Position numbers and translations under genes: made by a program | Shown: positions 8,939-18,713 of the stretch, piece by piece | Numbering within the stretch: the first letter of the stretch is position 1 | How the letters are laid out: each line of letters starts with the position of its first letter | The notes under the pieces: model-generated | Database searches by the model: none | Told to the model about the DNA's origin: nothing | Seen by the model: the letters and a program-made list of their open reading frames with translations, nothing else | Source of the DNA: Occultella glacieicola | Lineage (GTDB): Bacteria; Actinomycetota; Actinomycetes; Actinomycetales; Beutenbergiaceae | Direction of reading: 5' to 3' | DNA: 64,000 nt | Assembly: GCF_004353825.1 (NCBI RefSeq) | Contig: NZ_SMNA01000006.1 | Location: forward strand, 186,001 to 250,000

Positions 8939-10288
8939 TCAGGCGTTCCCGGCGTACCGCCGCAGGAAGAGGGCCTCCGCCGTCGCCAGATGCTCGATCT
9001 CGCCGGGATGCACGCTCTCGTTCGGGGCGTGGATGAGGGCGAGTGGATCTTCGACGCCCAGGAGCATGAGTTCGGCGTCGGGAAAGGTCTCGGCGAACAC
9101 GTTGCACAACGGGATGGACCCGCCCTGACCGAGTTCGACGGGTTCCACGCCGTACACCTCGTGCATCGCGGTGCGCATCGCCGCATACGCGGGGCCGCTT
9201 GTCGCCGCGCGGAAGGGCGAACCCAGCGCCTCGGTCTCCACGGTGACGGCGACGCCCCAGGGTGCCGCCTGCTGGACGTGCTCGACAAGCGCCGACTCGG
9301 CCTTGACCGGTGTGATCCCGGGAGGGATCCGGAGGTTGAGGCGTGCGCTCGCCCGCGGGACCAGCGCGGCGGTCGAGCCCACCACGGGCGGGCAGTCGAT
9401 GCCGAGGATCGTCAGGGCCGGTCGCGCCCAGAGCATGTCCGAGACACTTCCGGACCCCAGCAGCGCCTCGTCGACGAGGAGGTGCGCGTCATCCCGGAAG
9501 GTGTCCGGGTCGTACGGCGTGCCGGTCCAACGTTGCGTGTTGTCCAAGCCTCGCACGGTCGTGTTCCCGTCGGCGTCCCGCAGGGAGGACAGGACGGCCA
9601 CCAGCGCCGCCAGGGCGTCGGGGACAGGGCCCCCGAACATCCCCGAGTGCAGCTCGCTGCGCAGCGCCTGGACATGCACGACGACGTTCACCATGCCGCG
9701 CAGGCTGACGGTGAGCGCCGGTCTTCCCACGGCGGCGTTCCCGGTGTCGCAGATCAGCACGGCGTCGGCACGCAACAGGTCGGCATGTCGCGGCACGAAG
9801 TCCTCGAGCCCACCCGTCCCCTGTTCCTCCGACCCCTCGACGACCACCTTGAGTCCGACGGGGACGTCGTCGCCGAGCGCGCGCAGCGCGGCCAGGTGCG
9901 TCACGATGTTCCCCTTGCAGTCGGCCGTCCCCCGGCCGTACCACCGGCCCTCGACCTCCGTGAGTTCGAACGGCGGTGTCCTCCACGCGCTGTCGTCGAG
10001 CGGGGGCTGCACGTCGTAATGGGCGTACAGCAGAACCGTGGGCGCCGCCGGATCGGGTCCCGGTCGTGAGCCCACCACGGCCAGGCTGCCGTCTGCGGTC
10101 GGATGGAGGTCGACGTCGGCGAAACCGAGTTCACGGAAGGACTCCGCCACCCATCGGCCCGCCAGCGCGCACTCCGCGGGAGAGGACTGGCGCGGATCGG
10201 CGACCGACCGGATGGCGACGAGGTCCGCGAGCTCCGTGCGGGCCCGCGGCATCAGGGCTGCGACCCGCTCGGCGAGCGCCGTGCTCAT
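8939..10288 (-). CDS. M20-family metallo-dipeptidase
   Basis: Start ATG 10288; YAHYDVQP, GRGTADCKG, EGSEE, LHSGMFGG, GGSIP, IHAPNES. Confidence 0.92.
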   Translation of the reverse strand: MSTALAERVAALMPRARTELADLVAIRSVADPRQSSPAECALAGRWVAESFRELGFADVDLHPTADGSLAVVGSRPGPDPAAPTVLLYAHYDVQPPLDDSAWRTPPFELTEVEGRWYGRGTADCKGNIVTHLAALRALGDDVPVGLKVVVEGSEEQGTGGLEDFVPRHADLLRADAVLICDTGNAAVGRPALTVSLRGMVNVVVHVQALRSELHSGMFGGPVPDALAALVAVLSSLRDADGNTTVRGLDNTQRWTGTPYDPDTFRDDAHLLVDEALLGSGSVSDMLWARPALTILGIDCPPVVGSTAALVPRASARLNLRIPPGITPVKAESALVEHVQQAAPWGVAVTVETEALGSPFRAATSGPAYAAMRTAMHEVYGVEPVELGQGGSIPLCNVFAETFPDAELMLLGVEDPLALIHAPNESVHPGEIEHLATAEALFLRRYAGNA

Positions 10289-10749
10289 CCGATCACATCC
10301 TCGAACTGCAGGTCCTCGATCTGCTCGCGGAAGGGCTCGAGCTCGTCCGGGCAGTAGGTCTCGATGATGAGCAACTGTCCCTGGACGGCGCGGCTGTCGG
10401 CGATGATCGGTCGTTGCCCCGGCCCGGCTGCGCCGTTGGTGAGCATGGAGAACAGCACCGCGCGTCCCAGCGCGCTGCCGGGGTCGGCGCACGTGGCTCC
10501 CCCGTCGTCGCCGAGCACCCGCACGACCTGTTCCCGCGACGGGGTCGGAGCTCCGGCGGCCTCCAGTGCGGCGATGAACTCGTCCGCCCGCTCCTCGGCC
10601 CGGGCGGTGGAGCGCGCCGTGCTGAACATGAGGACCGCGACCACGGTGAGCCCGATCAGCAGCACGATGCAGACCCAGTACGTCCAGCGCCGCTGCTTGG
10701 GGTCGGAGACCTCGTACTCGATGGGGTCGGAATGCTCGTACGTATTCAT
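10285..10749 (-). CDS. Single-TM hypothetical protein with two extracytoplasmic Cys
   Basis: ATG 10749 with GGAGG RBS; 4-nt overlaps with both neighbours; TM WTYWVCIVLLIGLTVVAVLMF. Confidence 0.75.
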   Translation of the reverse strand: MNTYEHSDPIEYEVSDPKQRRWTYWVCIVLLIGLTVVAVLMFSTARSTARAEERADEFIAALEAAGAPTPSREQVVRVLGDDGGATCADPGSALGRAVLFSMLTNGAAGPGQRPIIADSRAVQGQLLIIETYCPDELEPFREQIEDLQFEDVIG

Positions 10750-12227
10750 GTCGCCGCCTCCTCCGTGTTCTCGGTGTTCTCGGTGTTCTCCGAGAGCTTC
10801 CAGGAGGGCTTGCGCAACCGGTAGAACAGGAACGGGACGAGGAGGCCGAGACCGAGAGCGCCACCGCCGACGATCGCCAGGTAGACCAGGGTGTTGCCGC
10901 CCCCGAACTGCGACGGCGGCACGAAGCCCACGAGCAGCGCCGCGAGCGATGCGGTGAAGCCCACCCCGCACAGGGTCTTCAGGAGTGGGGCCCGGTAGCC
11001 GCGAGCGCGGCCGGGATCCTTGCGCCGCAACTGGACCGCGGCCACGAACATGAGCAGGTACATGATCAGGTACACCTGGGTGGTGATGACCGAGAAGATC
11101 CAGTAGGCGCTCGAGACGCTCGGGACCAGTGCGTACCCGAGGGCGATCACGGTGGTGACCAGGCCCTGGGCGACCAGGATGTTCTGCTGGATCCCGTTCT
11201 TGTTCAGCCTCTGCAGGACGGGCGGAAGGTAGCCCTCCTGCCGCGAGATCAGCAGGAGGCCCTTCGAGGGGCCGGCGAGCCACGTCAGCATCCCGCCGAG
11301 TGAGGCCGCGACCAGCATGACCCCGAAGATCGGGGTCAGCCACTGGGTCCCGAACTCGGCGAAGATGGTTTCGAACGCCTGCATGATGCCCGCTGTGAGG
11401 GACAACTGTTCCGCGGGGACGATCCAGCTGATCGCCAGGGCGGGCAGGATGAAGATCACCAGCACCAGGCCCATGGCCAGGAAGATCGCCTTCGGGAACT
11501 GCTTCGCCGGATCCTTCAGCGAGCCCACGTGGACGGCGTTCATCTCCATGCCGGAGTAGGAGAGGAAGTTGTTGACGATGAGCACGAGGCTGGCCAGCCC
11601 GGCCCAGGCCGGCAGGAGGTGGTCGGAGTCCATCGGGGCCGCCGAGGCGTTGCCCTGGCCGAGGAAGATGAGGCCGAGGATGACCAGGACGGCGCCAGGA
11701 ACGAGGGTCCCGATGATCAGGCCGCCGCTCGCCAACCCGGCGACGCCGGACGTGCCACGCGAGGAGATCCAGACGCCGGCCCAGTACACGACGACGATGA
11801 CGCAGGCCGTCCACACGCCGCTGGCGGCGAGGGCGGGATTGATCACGTAGGCCAGCGTGCTGGCCACGAATCCGAGCAGACTCGGGTAGTAGAAGATCGT
11901 CATCGCGAACTGGCACCACACGGCGAGGAAGCCCATGGGCTTGGAGATGCCGAGCGACACCCATCGGTACACCCCGCCCTTCCAGCTGGAGGCCAGTTCG
12001 GCGGACACGAGGGAGGTGGGCAGAAGGAACACGAGGGCCGGCACGAGGTAGAGGAACACACACGCGAGCCCGTACATCGCCATCGTCGGTGAGGGCCGCA
12101 GGCTCGCCACCGAACTCGTGGTCATCAGCGCCAGCGCGGTCCACGAGATCCAGGCCCGGGCCGGAACCTTCGCTCGGGCGGTGCCCTTCGGAACCGCCCC
12201 GTCGGCCGCGGCGTCGATCGCGCTCAT
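10746..12227 (-). CDS. APC-family amino acid permease, GadC-like
   Basis: ATG 12227 with GAGGAGG RBS; LVSAELAS, GGVYRWV, SYSGME, WLAGPSKG; about 12 TM. Confidence 0.9.
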   Translation of the reverse strand: MSAIDAAADGAVPKGTARAKVPARAWISWTALALMTTSSVASLRPSPTMAMYGLACVFLYLVPALVFLLPTSLVSAELASSWKGGVYRWVSLGISKPMGFLAVWCQFAMTIFYYPSLLGFVASTLAYVINPALAASGVWTACVIVVVYWAGVWISSRGTSGVAGLASGGLIIGTLVPGAVLVILGLIFLGQGNASAAPMDSDHLLPAWAGLASLVLIVNNFLSYSGMEMNAVHVGSLKDPAKQFPKAIFLAMGLVLVIFILPALAISWIVPAEQLSLTAGIMQAFETIFAEFGTQWLTPIFGVMLVAASLGGMLTWLAGPSKGLLLISRQEGYLPPVLQRLNKNGIQQNILVAQGLVTTVIALGYALVPSVSSAYWIFSVITTQVYLIMYLLMFVAAVQLRRKDPGRARGYRAPLLKTLCGVGFTASLAALLVGFVPPSQFGGGNTLVYLAIVGGGALGLGLLVPFLFYRLRKPSWKLSENTENTENTEEAAT

Positions 12228-12257
12228 CGTGCCTCCTCGGTATTCGTCGGTCATCCT

Positions 12258-12273
12258 GACCCCGGCGCGGGTG
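12258..12273. promoter_or_regulatory. One-mismatch copy of CACCC-N6-GGGTG upstream of the APC permease
   Basis: GACCCcggcgcGGGTG in a 72-bp intergenic gap. Confidence 0.45.
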
Positions 12274-12299
12274 GGCTCGCGCCACACGGTGACGGGTAG

Positions 12300-13421
12300 T
12301 TATCCCACGATGCGCAGGCCGCGGTCGGTGGTGTTGAAGCGCAGCCCGCCGTCCACGGTGACGGTCACGATGTCCTCGATGCGAACACCGAACTGCCCGG
12401 GCAGATAGACGCCAGGCTCCACCGAGAAGCACATCCCGGGCACCAGGGGCAGATCCTCACCCGCGACGATGTACGGCGGTTCATGCGTGGTCACCCCGAT
12501 CCCGTGGCCGGTCCGGTGAATGAACCGCTCGCCGTAGCCCGCGTCCGTGATCGAGTGCCGCGCCGCGCGGTCGACCTCCTGGCAGGCGGCCCCCGGACGC
12601 ACGGCGTCCACGCCGGCCTGCTGGGCCAGACGAACCACCTCGTGCACCTCACTGATGAGTGACGTCGGCTCGCCGACACAGACCGTCCGGCTGGTGTCCG
12701 AGCCATACCCGGACATCAGCCCACCGAAGTCGAGCACGACGCAGTCACCGACCTCGATGACGCGATCGGCCGCCTCGTGGTGGGGATTGGCACCGTTCGG
12801 TCCGGACCCGACGACCGTGAAGTCCACCTGTTCGTGTCCGTGCTGGCGCAGCAGGTTCGCCAGATCGGCGGCCACGTCGACCTCGCGGCGACCTGCGAAC
12901 GGGACGTCGACGATCGCCTCGTAGGTCGCGTCCGCGGCGGCACCCGCCGCCGCCAGCCGGGCCAGCTCGTTGTCGTCCTTGACCGCACGCAGCATCGGCA
13001 GCGCATTGGTGAGCGAGTGGAGAACCACGCCGGGCAGCCCGGCCTGGAGGCCGAGCACGTGCAGGGCCCAAGCGCTGTCGGAGACTCCGTATCTGCCGTC
13101 GGGGCGCAGCAACGACCCGGCGACCTCGTACGGATCGGCGCCGTCGGCCCAGTCGAGCACCGCCGTCTCGGCTGTGCCCTCGGCGGCCTCGGCGTCCGGA
13201 CGCTCGAGGATGGGGACCAGCAATGTCGGCGTCCGGTCGGTCGTGAGGAACAGCATCGTGAGACGCTCGGTGATCGCGGTCGGCCGGTATCCGGTCAACC
13301 AGAGCATATCTGGCCCCGGCGTAACCAGGACCCCGTCGAGGCCGATGGCGCGCGCCTGCGCCACGGTCCGGGTCATCCGGGCTGCGTAGTTCTCGCGGGT
13401 GAACGGCACGACGGTATTCAT
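12300..13421 (-). CDS. M24B Xaa-Pro peptidase (aminopeptidase P family)
   Basis: ATG 13421; LRAVKD, GANPHH, DFGG...SDTSRT, HRTGHGIG, HEPP, SVEPGVY, GVRIEDIV. Confidence 0.93.
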   Translation of the reverse strand: MNTVVPFTRENYAARMTRTVAQARAIGLDGVLVTPGPDMLWLTGYRPTAITERLTMLFLTTDRTPTLLVPILERPDAEAAEGTAETAVLDWADGADPYEVAGSLLRPDGRYGVSDSAWALHVLGLQAGLPGVVLHSLTNALPMLRAVKDDNELARLAAAGAAADATYEAIVDVPFAGRREVDVAADLANLLRQHGHEQVDFTVVGSGPNGANPHHEAADRVIEVGDCVVLDFGGLMSGYGSDTSRTVCVGEPTSLISEVHEVVRLAQQAGVDAVRPGAACQEVDRAARHSITDAGYGERFIHRTGHGIGVTTHEPPYIVAGEDLPLVPGMCFSVEPGVYLPGQFGVRIEDIVTVTVDGGLRFNTTDRGLRIVG

Positions 13422-14935
13422 CGGGCTTCCTTCGAGACGGCCTCGAGCGTGTTGGTCGGGAGGGTGTGCAGGTGGGCCGCGGCAGCGGCGGCCGAGTCCT
13501 GGAGGGTCGCTCGAGTGCCGCGGTGGCGTCGGATCGTCAGGACGGAGAGCGCGAGTGCGAGAGAACTGATGATGGCGAACATCCAGGATGCGGCCGCAAG
13601 CCCGGCGGCGAGCGCATCCGCCTCGGCGGCGCCGGCCAGGCGCTGGTTCGCGTCGACGCCGCCGTAGATGGTGGCGGCGAGGGCGGTCGCCAGTGCGGCA
13701 CCGACGTACCGCGCCATGTTGGACACCCCCGAGGCGCCTCCGACCTGCTCCTGCGGCACGCTCGCCGTGGCTGCCGAGGACGCGGGCCCGTTCGAGAGCC
13801 CCATGCCGATGGCGACCGCCACGAGCGGGATCAGGAACGTCGCGTAGCGCCAGGACGCGTCCGTGAAGCCGATCGCGACGAAGCCTGCCGTGGTCAGCAG
13901 AAAGCCGAGGCCGATCGTCTGCCGTGCACCGAAACCCTTGGCGAGCCGCGGCACGAGCGGTGCGACCACCACGAGCCCGACCGTGGCGGGCAGGGTGGCC
14001 AGGCCGGCCTGGAGTGGCGAGAAGCCGAGGGCAACTGGGCTCTGGAAGTACAGGCTGAGCAGGTACATCAGCCCATTGATGGTGCCGGCGCCGACCAGGA
14101 TCGCAATGGTCGAGCCCACGAGGACCCGGTTGCGCAGCAGGGCGAGGTCGAGCAGGGGTACCTTCACGCGCCGCTCGACGACCAGGAACAGCCAGCCCGC
14201 GACCACCGCGACCGCGAAGCACCCGAGGGTGGCGGCCGAGAACCAGCCCCAGTCGCCGCTCATGCTGACGCCGAGGATCAGCGGGGTCAGGGTCAGTGCC
14301 ACCAGCACCGCACCGAGATAGTCGATCGACCGGGGCCGGTCCGGGTCCCGGGACTCGGCGACGGTGACGTAGGTCAGCACCATACAGACCAGCGCGACAC
14401 CGGCGTCGATCCAGAAGAGGCCCTGCCAGCCGGTCAGTTCGACCAGGACGCCACCGAGCAGCGGCCCGGCCGCCGCACCGACCGCTGCCGCAGCTCCCCA
14501 CAACGAGATGGACCGCAGCTGATCATCGCCACCGGCCCTGCTGGCGTCGTCGGTGCCGACCGAGAGCAGGCTGAGCCCGCAGGCGAGGATCGTCGCGCCC
14601 GCGGCGCCCTGGATCGCCCGCCCGGCGATGACCATCGCGCCGGAACCGGCGAGCGCGATCATCACGCACGAAACGACGAACAGCAGCAGACCGAGTTGGA
14701 AGACACGCTTCCGCCCGAACACATCACCGAGGGACCCGGACGTGATGATCACCGCCGCGCCGACGAGCGAGTAGCCCGTCACCGCCCACTGCAGGTCGTG
14801 GACCGACGTCCCGGTGTCCGCGCTGATCGCCGGCAACAGGATGCTCACGGCCGACGTGTTGGCGTTCACCACCAGCGTCGACAGGCAGGTGGCTGCCAGG
14901 ACCCCGGCCGCCGAGCTCACGGTTCGCGCGGTCAC
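13418..14935 (-). CDS. DHA2-type MFS transporter
   Basis: GSLGDVFGRKR, GRAIQG, GPLLGGVL; about 14 hydrophobic segments; coupled to neighbours. Confidence 0.9.
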   Translation of the reverse strand: MTARTVSSAAGVLAATCLSTLVVNANTSAVSILLPAISADTGTSVHDLQWAVTGYSLVGAAVIITSGSLGDVFGRKRVFQLGLLLFVVSCVMIALAGSGAMVIAGRAIQGAAGATILACGLSLLSVGTDDASRAGGDDQLRSISLWGAAAAVGAAAGPLLGGVLVELTGWQGLFWIDAGVALVCMVLTYVTVAESRDPDRPRSIDYLGAVLVALTLTPLILGVSMSGDWGWFSAATLGCFAVAVVAGWLFLVVERRVKVPLLDLALLRNRVLVGSTIAILVGAGTINGLMYLLSLYFQSPVALGFSPLQAGLATLPATVGLVVVAPLVPRLAKGFGARQTIGLGFLLTTAGFVAIGFTDASWRYATFLIPLVAVAIGMGLSNGPASSAATASVPQEQVGGASGVSNMARYVGAALATALAATIYGGVDANQRLAGAAEADALAAGLAAASWMFAIISSLALALSVLTIRRHRGTRATLQDSAAAAAAHLHTLPTNTLEAVSKEAR

Positions 14936-15246
14936 TGCAGGAGCTTGGCCTTCTGCGCCTCGAACTCGGCATCGGTCAGGATGCCCTGGTCACGCAGCGC
15001 TCCGAGCTTCTGCAGCTGCTCGATCAGTTCCTCGGAGCTCACCGGCCCGGCCGGTCCGGCCGGTGCAGCGGCCGGCGGTTGCGCGTACACCGGCTGTTGC
15101 TGGTACTGGGGTTCGTTGTACGTCGGCGCCTGTTGCGGCTCCTGCGCAGCCCAGCGTCCTGCCTGCCGCCGCGACACCCGGTTCGACACCGCCGTCGCAG
15201 TACCTGCGACCACGGCGGTGCGGACCATTCCACGGATCAGTCCCAT
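14932..15246 (-). CDS. SHOCT-domain small protein
   Basis: RTAVVAGTATAVSNRVSRRQ N-terminus, Q/P-rich linker, LIEQLQKLGALRDQGILTDAEFEAQKAKLL. Confidence 0.88.
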   Translation of the reverse strand: MGLIRGMVRTAVVAGTATAVSNRVSRRQAGRWAAQEPQQAPTYNEPQYQQQPVYAQPPAAAPAGPAGPVSSEELIEQLQKLGALRDQGILTDAEFEAQKAKLLQ

Positions 15247-15259
15247 ATCGCCATCCCTC

Positions 15260-15697
15260 TCATGCCTCGGCAGCCTCGAGCGAGTCGAGCGCTGCCATCA
15301 CGTCGCCTGCCGGAATACGCCCGCCGGCAACCACTTCCGCCCCGGCATCACGCATCGCCGAGACGAACGGAGCCGCCCAGGTGTTCTCGTACACGAGCAG
15401 GGCCACCGCGTTCCCCGGTGCGACGAGCGCCGCGCCCTGCGTGATGTCGTCCTCGTCCAGGAGCCCGGAGCGGACGCCGTCGAACATCGCCAGATCCAAC
15501 TGACCGTCACCGTCGAGGTCCCTCACCTCGACCACGCCGACCTGCCCGTCCTCGCCCACGACCGCGACCACCAGGTCGAGGATCCGGATGGTCCCGCGCT
15601 CGGTCAGATCGACGAGAGCCGCCAGTCCCTTTCCCTCCATTCGAGCCGCCGGCAACTCCAGGGCCAGGTAGTCGATCGGTCCAACACCGTCCGTCAT
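15260..15697 (-). CDS. DUF6325-family (DUF1269-related) protein
   Basis: GPIDYLALELP, GTIRILDL, LLVYENTWAAPF, GGRIPA. Confidence 0.8.
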   Translation of the reverse strand: MTDGVGPIDYLALELPAARMEGKGLAALVDLTERGTIRILDLVVAVVGEDGQVGVVEVRDLDGDGQLDLAMFDGVRSGLLDEDDITQGAALVAPGNAVALLVYENTWAAPFVSAMRDAGAEVVAGGRIPAGDVMAALDSLEAAEA

Positions 15698-15771
15698 CGG
15701 TCCATCTCCTTCGCGTGTCCACCAGTTGGCCGCTCGCGCTCACCGTCACATGGGGATGGGTGGTTCGGTGC

Positions 15772-15817
15772 CACCCCTCATGGGGTGGACCGACCGATGC
15801 CCACCCCACGAGGGGGG
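15772..15817. promoter_or_regulatory. Two CACCC-N6-GGGTG-type sites in a divergent promoter region
   Basis: CACCCctcatgGGGTG (15772-15787) and CACCCcacgagGGGGG (15802-15817), 30 bp apart. Confidence 0.6.
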
Positions 15818-15886
15818 AGGCGGGACCACCCGCCCGGGGCCCACGATCGGTGGTGAGGCACCCGGGCGAGGAACGGAGACGAACCG

Positions 15887-18616
15887 ATGCTGGATGACGC
15901 GCACACGTCCGTGACCGAGGCAGGGATCAACCCTGCCGCGTCCCAGGTGGACGAGGTCGCAGCCGACCTGGACGTCGATCCGAGCCGGGGGTTGTCGTCC
16001 GAGGAGGCACGCTCCCGCCTGTCGTCGCATGGAGCCAACGTCCTCACCGGTGCCGCGAAGGAACCCGGCTGGCGAGCGTTCCTGCGTCAGTACGAGGACT
16101 TCATGCAGCTCGTGCTCCTGGCCGCCGCCGTCGTCAACCAGGTCATCACGGGCGACCTCGGCACCACGGTGGTGCTCGCCGGCCTGACCCTGTTCAACGC
16201 CGTCATCGGATTGCGCCAGGAGGCCAAGGCCGAGGAGAGCGTGAAGGCGCTCTCCACGATGATGAAGACCATCGCGCGGGTCCGGCGGGACGGGCGGGCC
16301 GTGGAGATCGACTCCGCGGAGGTGGTCCCGGGTGACGTGGTGCTCATGGAGGCCGGCAACCTCGTCCCGGCGGACGGGCGGATCTGTCTGGCTGCCACGC
16401 TCGAGATCGAGGAGGCCGCGCTGACCGGGGAGAGCCTGCCCGTGGCCAAGTCCACCGATCCCGTCATGGGGACCGACGTCCCGCTGGGCGACCGCGTGTG
16501 CATGGCCTACATGAACACGTCGGTCACCCGTGGACGCGGCGAGCTCATCGTCACCGGGACCGGAATGAACACCGAGATCGGTCACATCGCCGACATGCTC
16601 GCGAGCACCGAGACGAGCAAGACCCCGTTGCAGAAGCAGCTCGACTCCCTGTCGAAGATCATCGCGACCATCGCCGCCGCGGCGCTGGTGCTCGTGGTCA
16701 TCCTCGGTGTGGCCCGCGGCCAGTCCTTCGACACCCTCTTCGTCACCGGTGTCGCCCTCGCCGTCGCGGCGATCCCGACGGGCCTTCCGGCCGTCGTAAC
16801 GGCGCTGCTGTCCATGGGTACGCGTGAGATCGCGAGCCGTCACGCCATCGTGAAGCGTCTCCCCGCCGTCGAGACCCTGGGCTCCACGTCCGCGATCTGC
16901 TCCGACAAGACCGGGACCCTCACGCTCAACAAGATGACCGCGCGCCAGCTCGTCGTGCCTGGCCGGAACCGATACACCGTCACCGGTGAGGGTTACAGCA
17001 CCGTCGGTGACATCAAGCACGTCGGCGGCGAGAACTACGACCTCGATCCCTACCTGTTGCCGATGGTGTTGTGCGCCGACGCCGTCCTCGACGGGGAGAG
17101 CCTCATCGGCGACCCGACCGAGGGCGCGCTCATCGTCCTCGGCGCGAAGGGCGGACTCGACATCGCCCAGACCCGGGCCGCGCTCCCCCGGGTCGCCGAG
17201 GTGCCGTTCGACTCCGACTACAAGTTCATGGCGACCTTCCACGAGATGACCGATGACGCCGGTCGGCCGGTGGTGCGGTGCTACGTCAAGGGGGCGCCGG
17301 ACGTGCTCGTCGCGCGATCGACGAGCATCCGCCTGCCCGGCGGCAGCCTGGCCGCCGTGACCGACGCGAACCGGAGCGTCGCGCTCAAAGCCAATGAGGC
17401 GATCGCGAACGCCGGTGAACGGGTCATGGCGATCGCGCAGCGCGACCTCGAGCCGGACCTGGTCCGGCCCGACAGCGATCTCATCGGGCTGGTCGACGGG
17501 CTCACCCTGCTCGCGCTGGTCGGCATCGTCGACCCGCCGCGACCGGAGGCCAAGGTCGCGATCGCGGAGTGCCGGAAGGCCGGGATCCGGGTCCGGATGA
17601 TCACCGGTGACCACGCCAGCACCGCGGCCGCGATCGCGAAGGAGCTCGGTATCGAGGGGCGCGCCATCACCGGGAACGAGTTCGCAGCGATGCCCGACGA
17701 CCAGCTCCGCCGCGAGATCGCGGAGATCGGCGTCGTCGCCAGGGTCGCGCCCGAGGACAAGGTCCGCCTGGTTCGCGTGCTCAAGGAGGAGGGCGACGTC
17801 GTCGCGATGACCGGCGACGGCGTCAATGACGCCCCGGCGCTCAAGACCGCCGACATCGGGGTCGCGATGGGGATCACCGGGACCGAGGTATCGAAGGAGG
17901 CGTCGGTCATGATCCTGACCGACGACAACTTCGCGACGATCGTGGGCGCCGTCTCCTACGGGCGGACGCTCTACGACAACCTGCTGAAGTATCTGCGCTT
18001 CCAGATGTCGACGCTGGTGGCCTACATCGCGATCTTCGTCTGTGCGGGGGTCGTCGGCATCGCCGGTGGGGTCCCGCTCAACCCGCTGCAGATCCTCTGG
18101 CTGAACATGGTCATCGACATTCCGCTTGCGATCGCGCTCGGATTCGACGAGCCGGCGCGCGGTGTCATGTCACGACCGCCCCGCCCCGTCGGCGCACCGG
18201 TGCTCTCGCGCTCGAACTGGATCCGGCTCTGTGTGCAGGGAGCCGTGATGACCGCCGGCTCCCTCGCCGCCTACCAGATCGGCGCAGGTCTCGGCGACGC
18301 CCTGCTCGCCGCCACCATGCTCCTCACGACGCTGTCGCTCTTCCACCTGTTCGGCGCGCTGCTCAGTCGCGACCAGCTGGGGACGATCTTCAGCCGGAGC
18401 GCCATCCCCGCCGCCAGCCAGTTGCGCCGGTACGGAATCGCTCTGGTCGCCATCATCACGGTCACGGCGCTGGACTTCCTGCAACGGATCTTCCACACGA
18501 CCGGGCTGTCCTTCACGCAATGGTGCAACTGCATCGGGATCGCGCTGTCCCTGGTCGTCGTCGAAGAGCTCGTCAAGATCGTGCTGCGACGTCGCACCCA
18601 GGCGGTGACGGCGTGA
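15887..18616 (+). CDS. Cation-transporting P-type ATPase (P2-like, atypical transmembrane ligands)
   Basis: LTGES, CSDKTGTLT, KGAP, MITGD, TGDGVNDAPALK; M4 reads IPTGL. Confidence 0.95.
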   Translation: MLDDAHTSVTEAGINPAASQVDEVAADLDVDPSRGLSSEEARSRLSSHGANVLTGAAKEPGWRAFLRQYEDFMQLVLLAAAVVNQVITGDLGTTVVLAGLTLFNAVIGLRQEAKAEESVKALSTMMKTIARVRRDGRAVEIDSAEVVPGDVVLMEAGNLVPADGRICLAATLEIEEAALTGESLPVAKSTDPVMGTDVPLGDRVCMAYMNTSVTRGRGELIVTGTGMNTEIGHIADMLASTETSKTPLQKQLDSLSKIIATIAAAALVLVVILGVARGQSFDTLFVTGVALAVAAIPTGLPAVVTALLSMGTREIASRHAIVKRLPAVETLGSTSAICSDKTGTLTLNKMTARQLVVPGRNRYTVTGEGYSTVGDIKHVGGENYDLDPYLLPMVLCADAVLDGESLIGDPTEGALIVLGAKGGLDIAQTRAALPRVAEVPFDSDYKFMATFHEMTDDAGRPVVRCYVKGAPDVLVARSTSIRLPGGSLAAVTDANRSVALKANEAIANAGERVMAIAQRDLEPDLVRPDSDLIGLVDGLTLLALVGIVDPPRPEAKVAIAECRKAGIRVRMITGDHASTAAAIAKELGIEGRAITGNEFAAMPDDQLRREIAEIGVVARVAPEDKVRLVRVLKEEGDVVAMTGDGVNDAPALKTADIGVAMGITGTEVSKEASVMILTDDNFATIVGAVSYGRTLYDNLLKYLRFQMSTLVAYIAIFVCAGVVGIAGGVPLNPLQILWLNMVIDIPLAIALGFDEPARGVMSRPPRPVGAPVLSRSNWIRLCVQGAVMTAGSLAAYQIGAGLGDALLAATMLLTTLSLFHLFGALLSRDQLGTIFSRSAIPAASQLRRYGIALVAIITVTALDFLQRIFHTTGLSFTQWCNCIGIALSLVVVEELVKIVLRRRTQAVTA

Positions 18617-18713
18617 GGTCATCGACGACGGGCTCCGCTCGCACGCGCCGGCCCGCGACCACCACACCAGACGCCCACGCCGCATCCGCGGCGGGGAGAA
18701 CCGAGGAGAGACC

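Noticed and set aside
10762..10790. 9-bp tandem repeat (ENTENTENT) at the APC C-terminus
   Set aside because: In-frame slippage in a disordered tail; not an array or phase-variable tract
4400..14501. Long N-terminal extensions on crotonase, dipeptidase, M24 peptidase and others suggesting fusions
   Set aside because: Extensions overlap upstream genes in other frames; internal starts with RBS or stop-start coupling fit better
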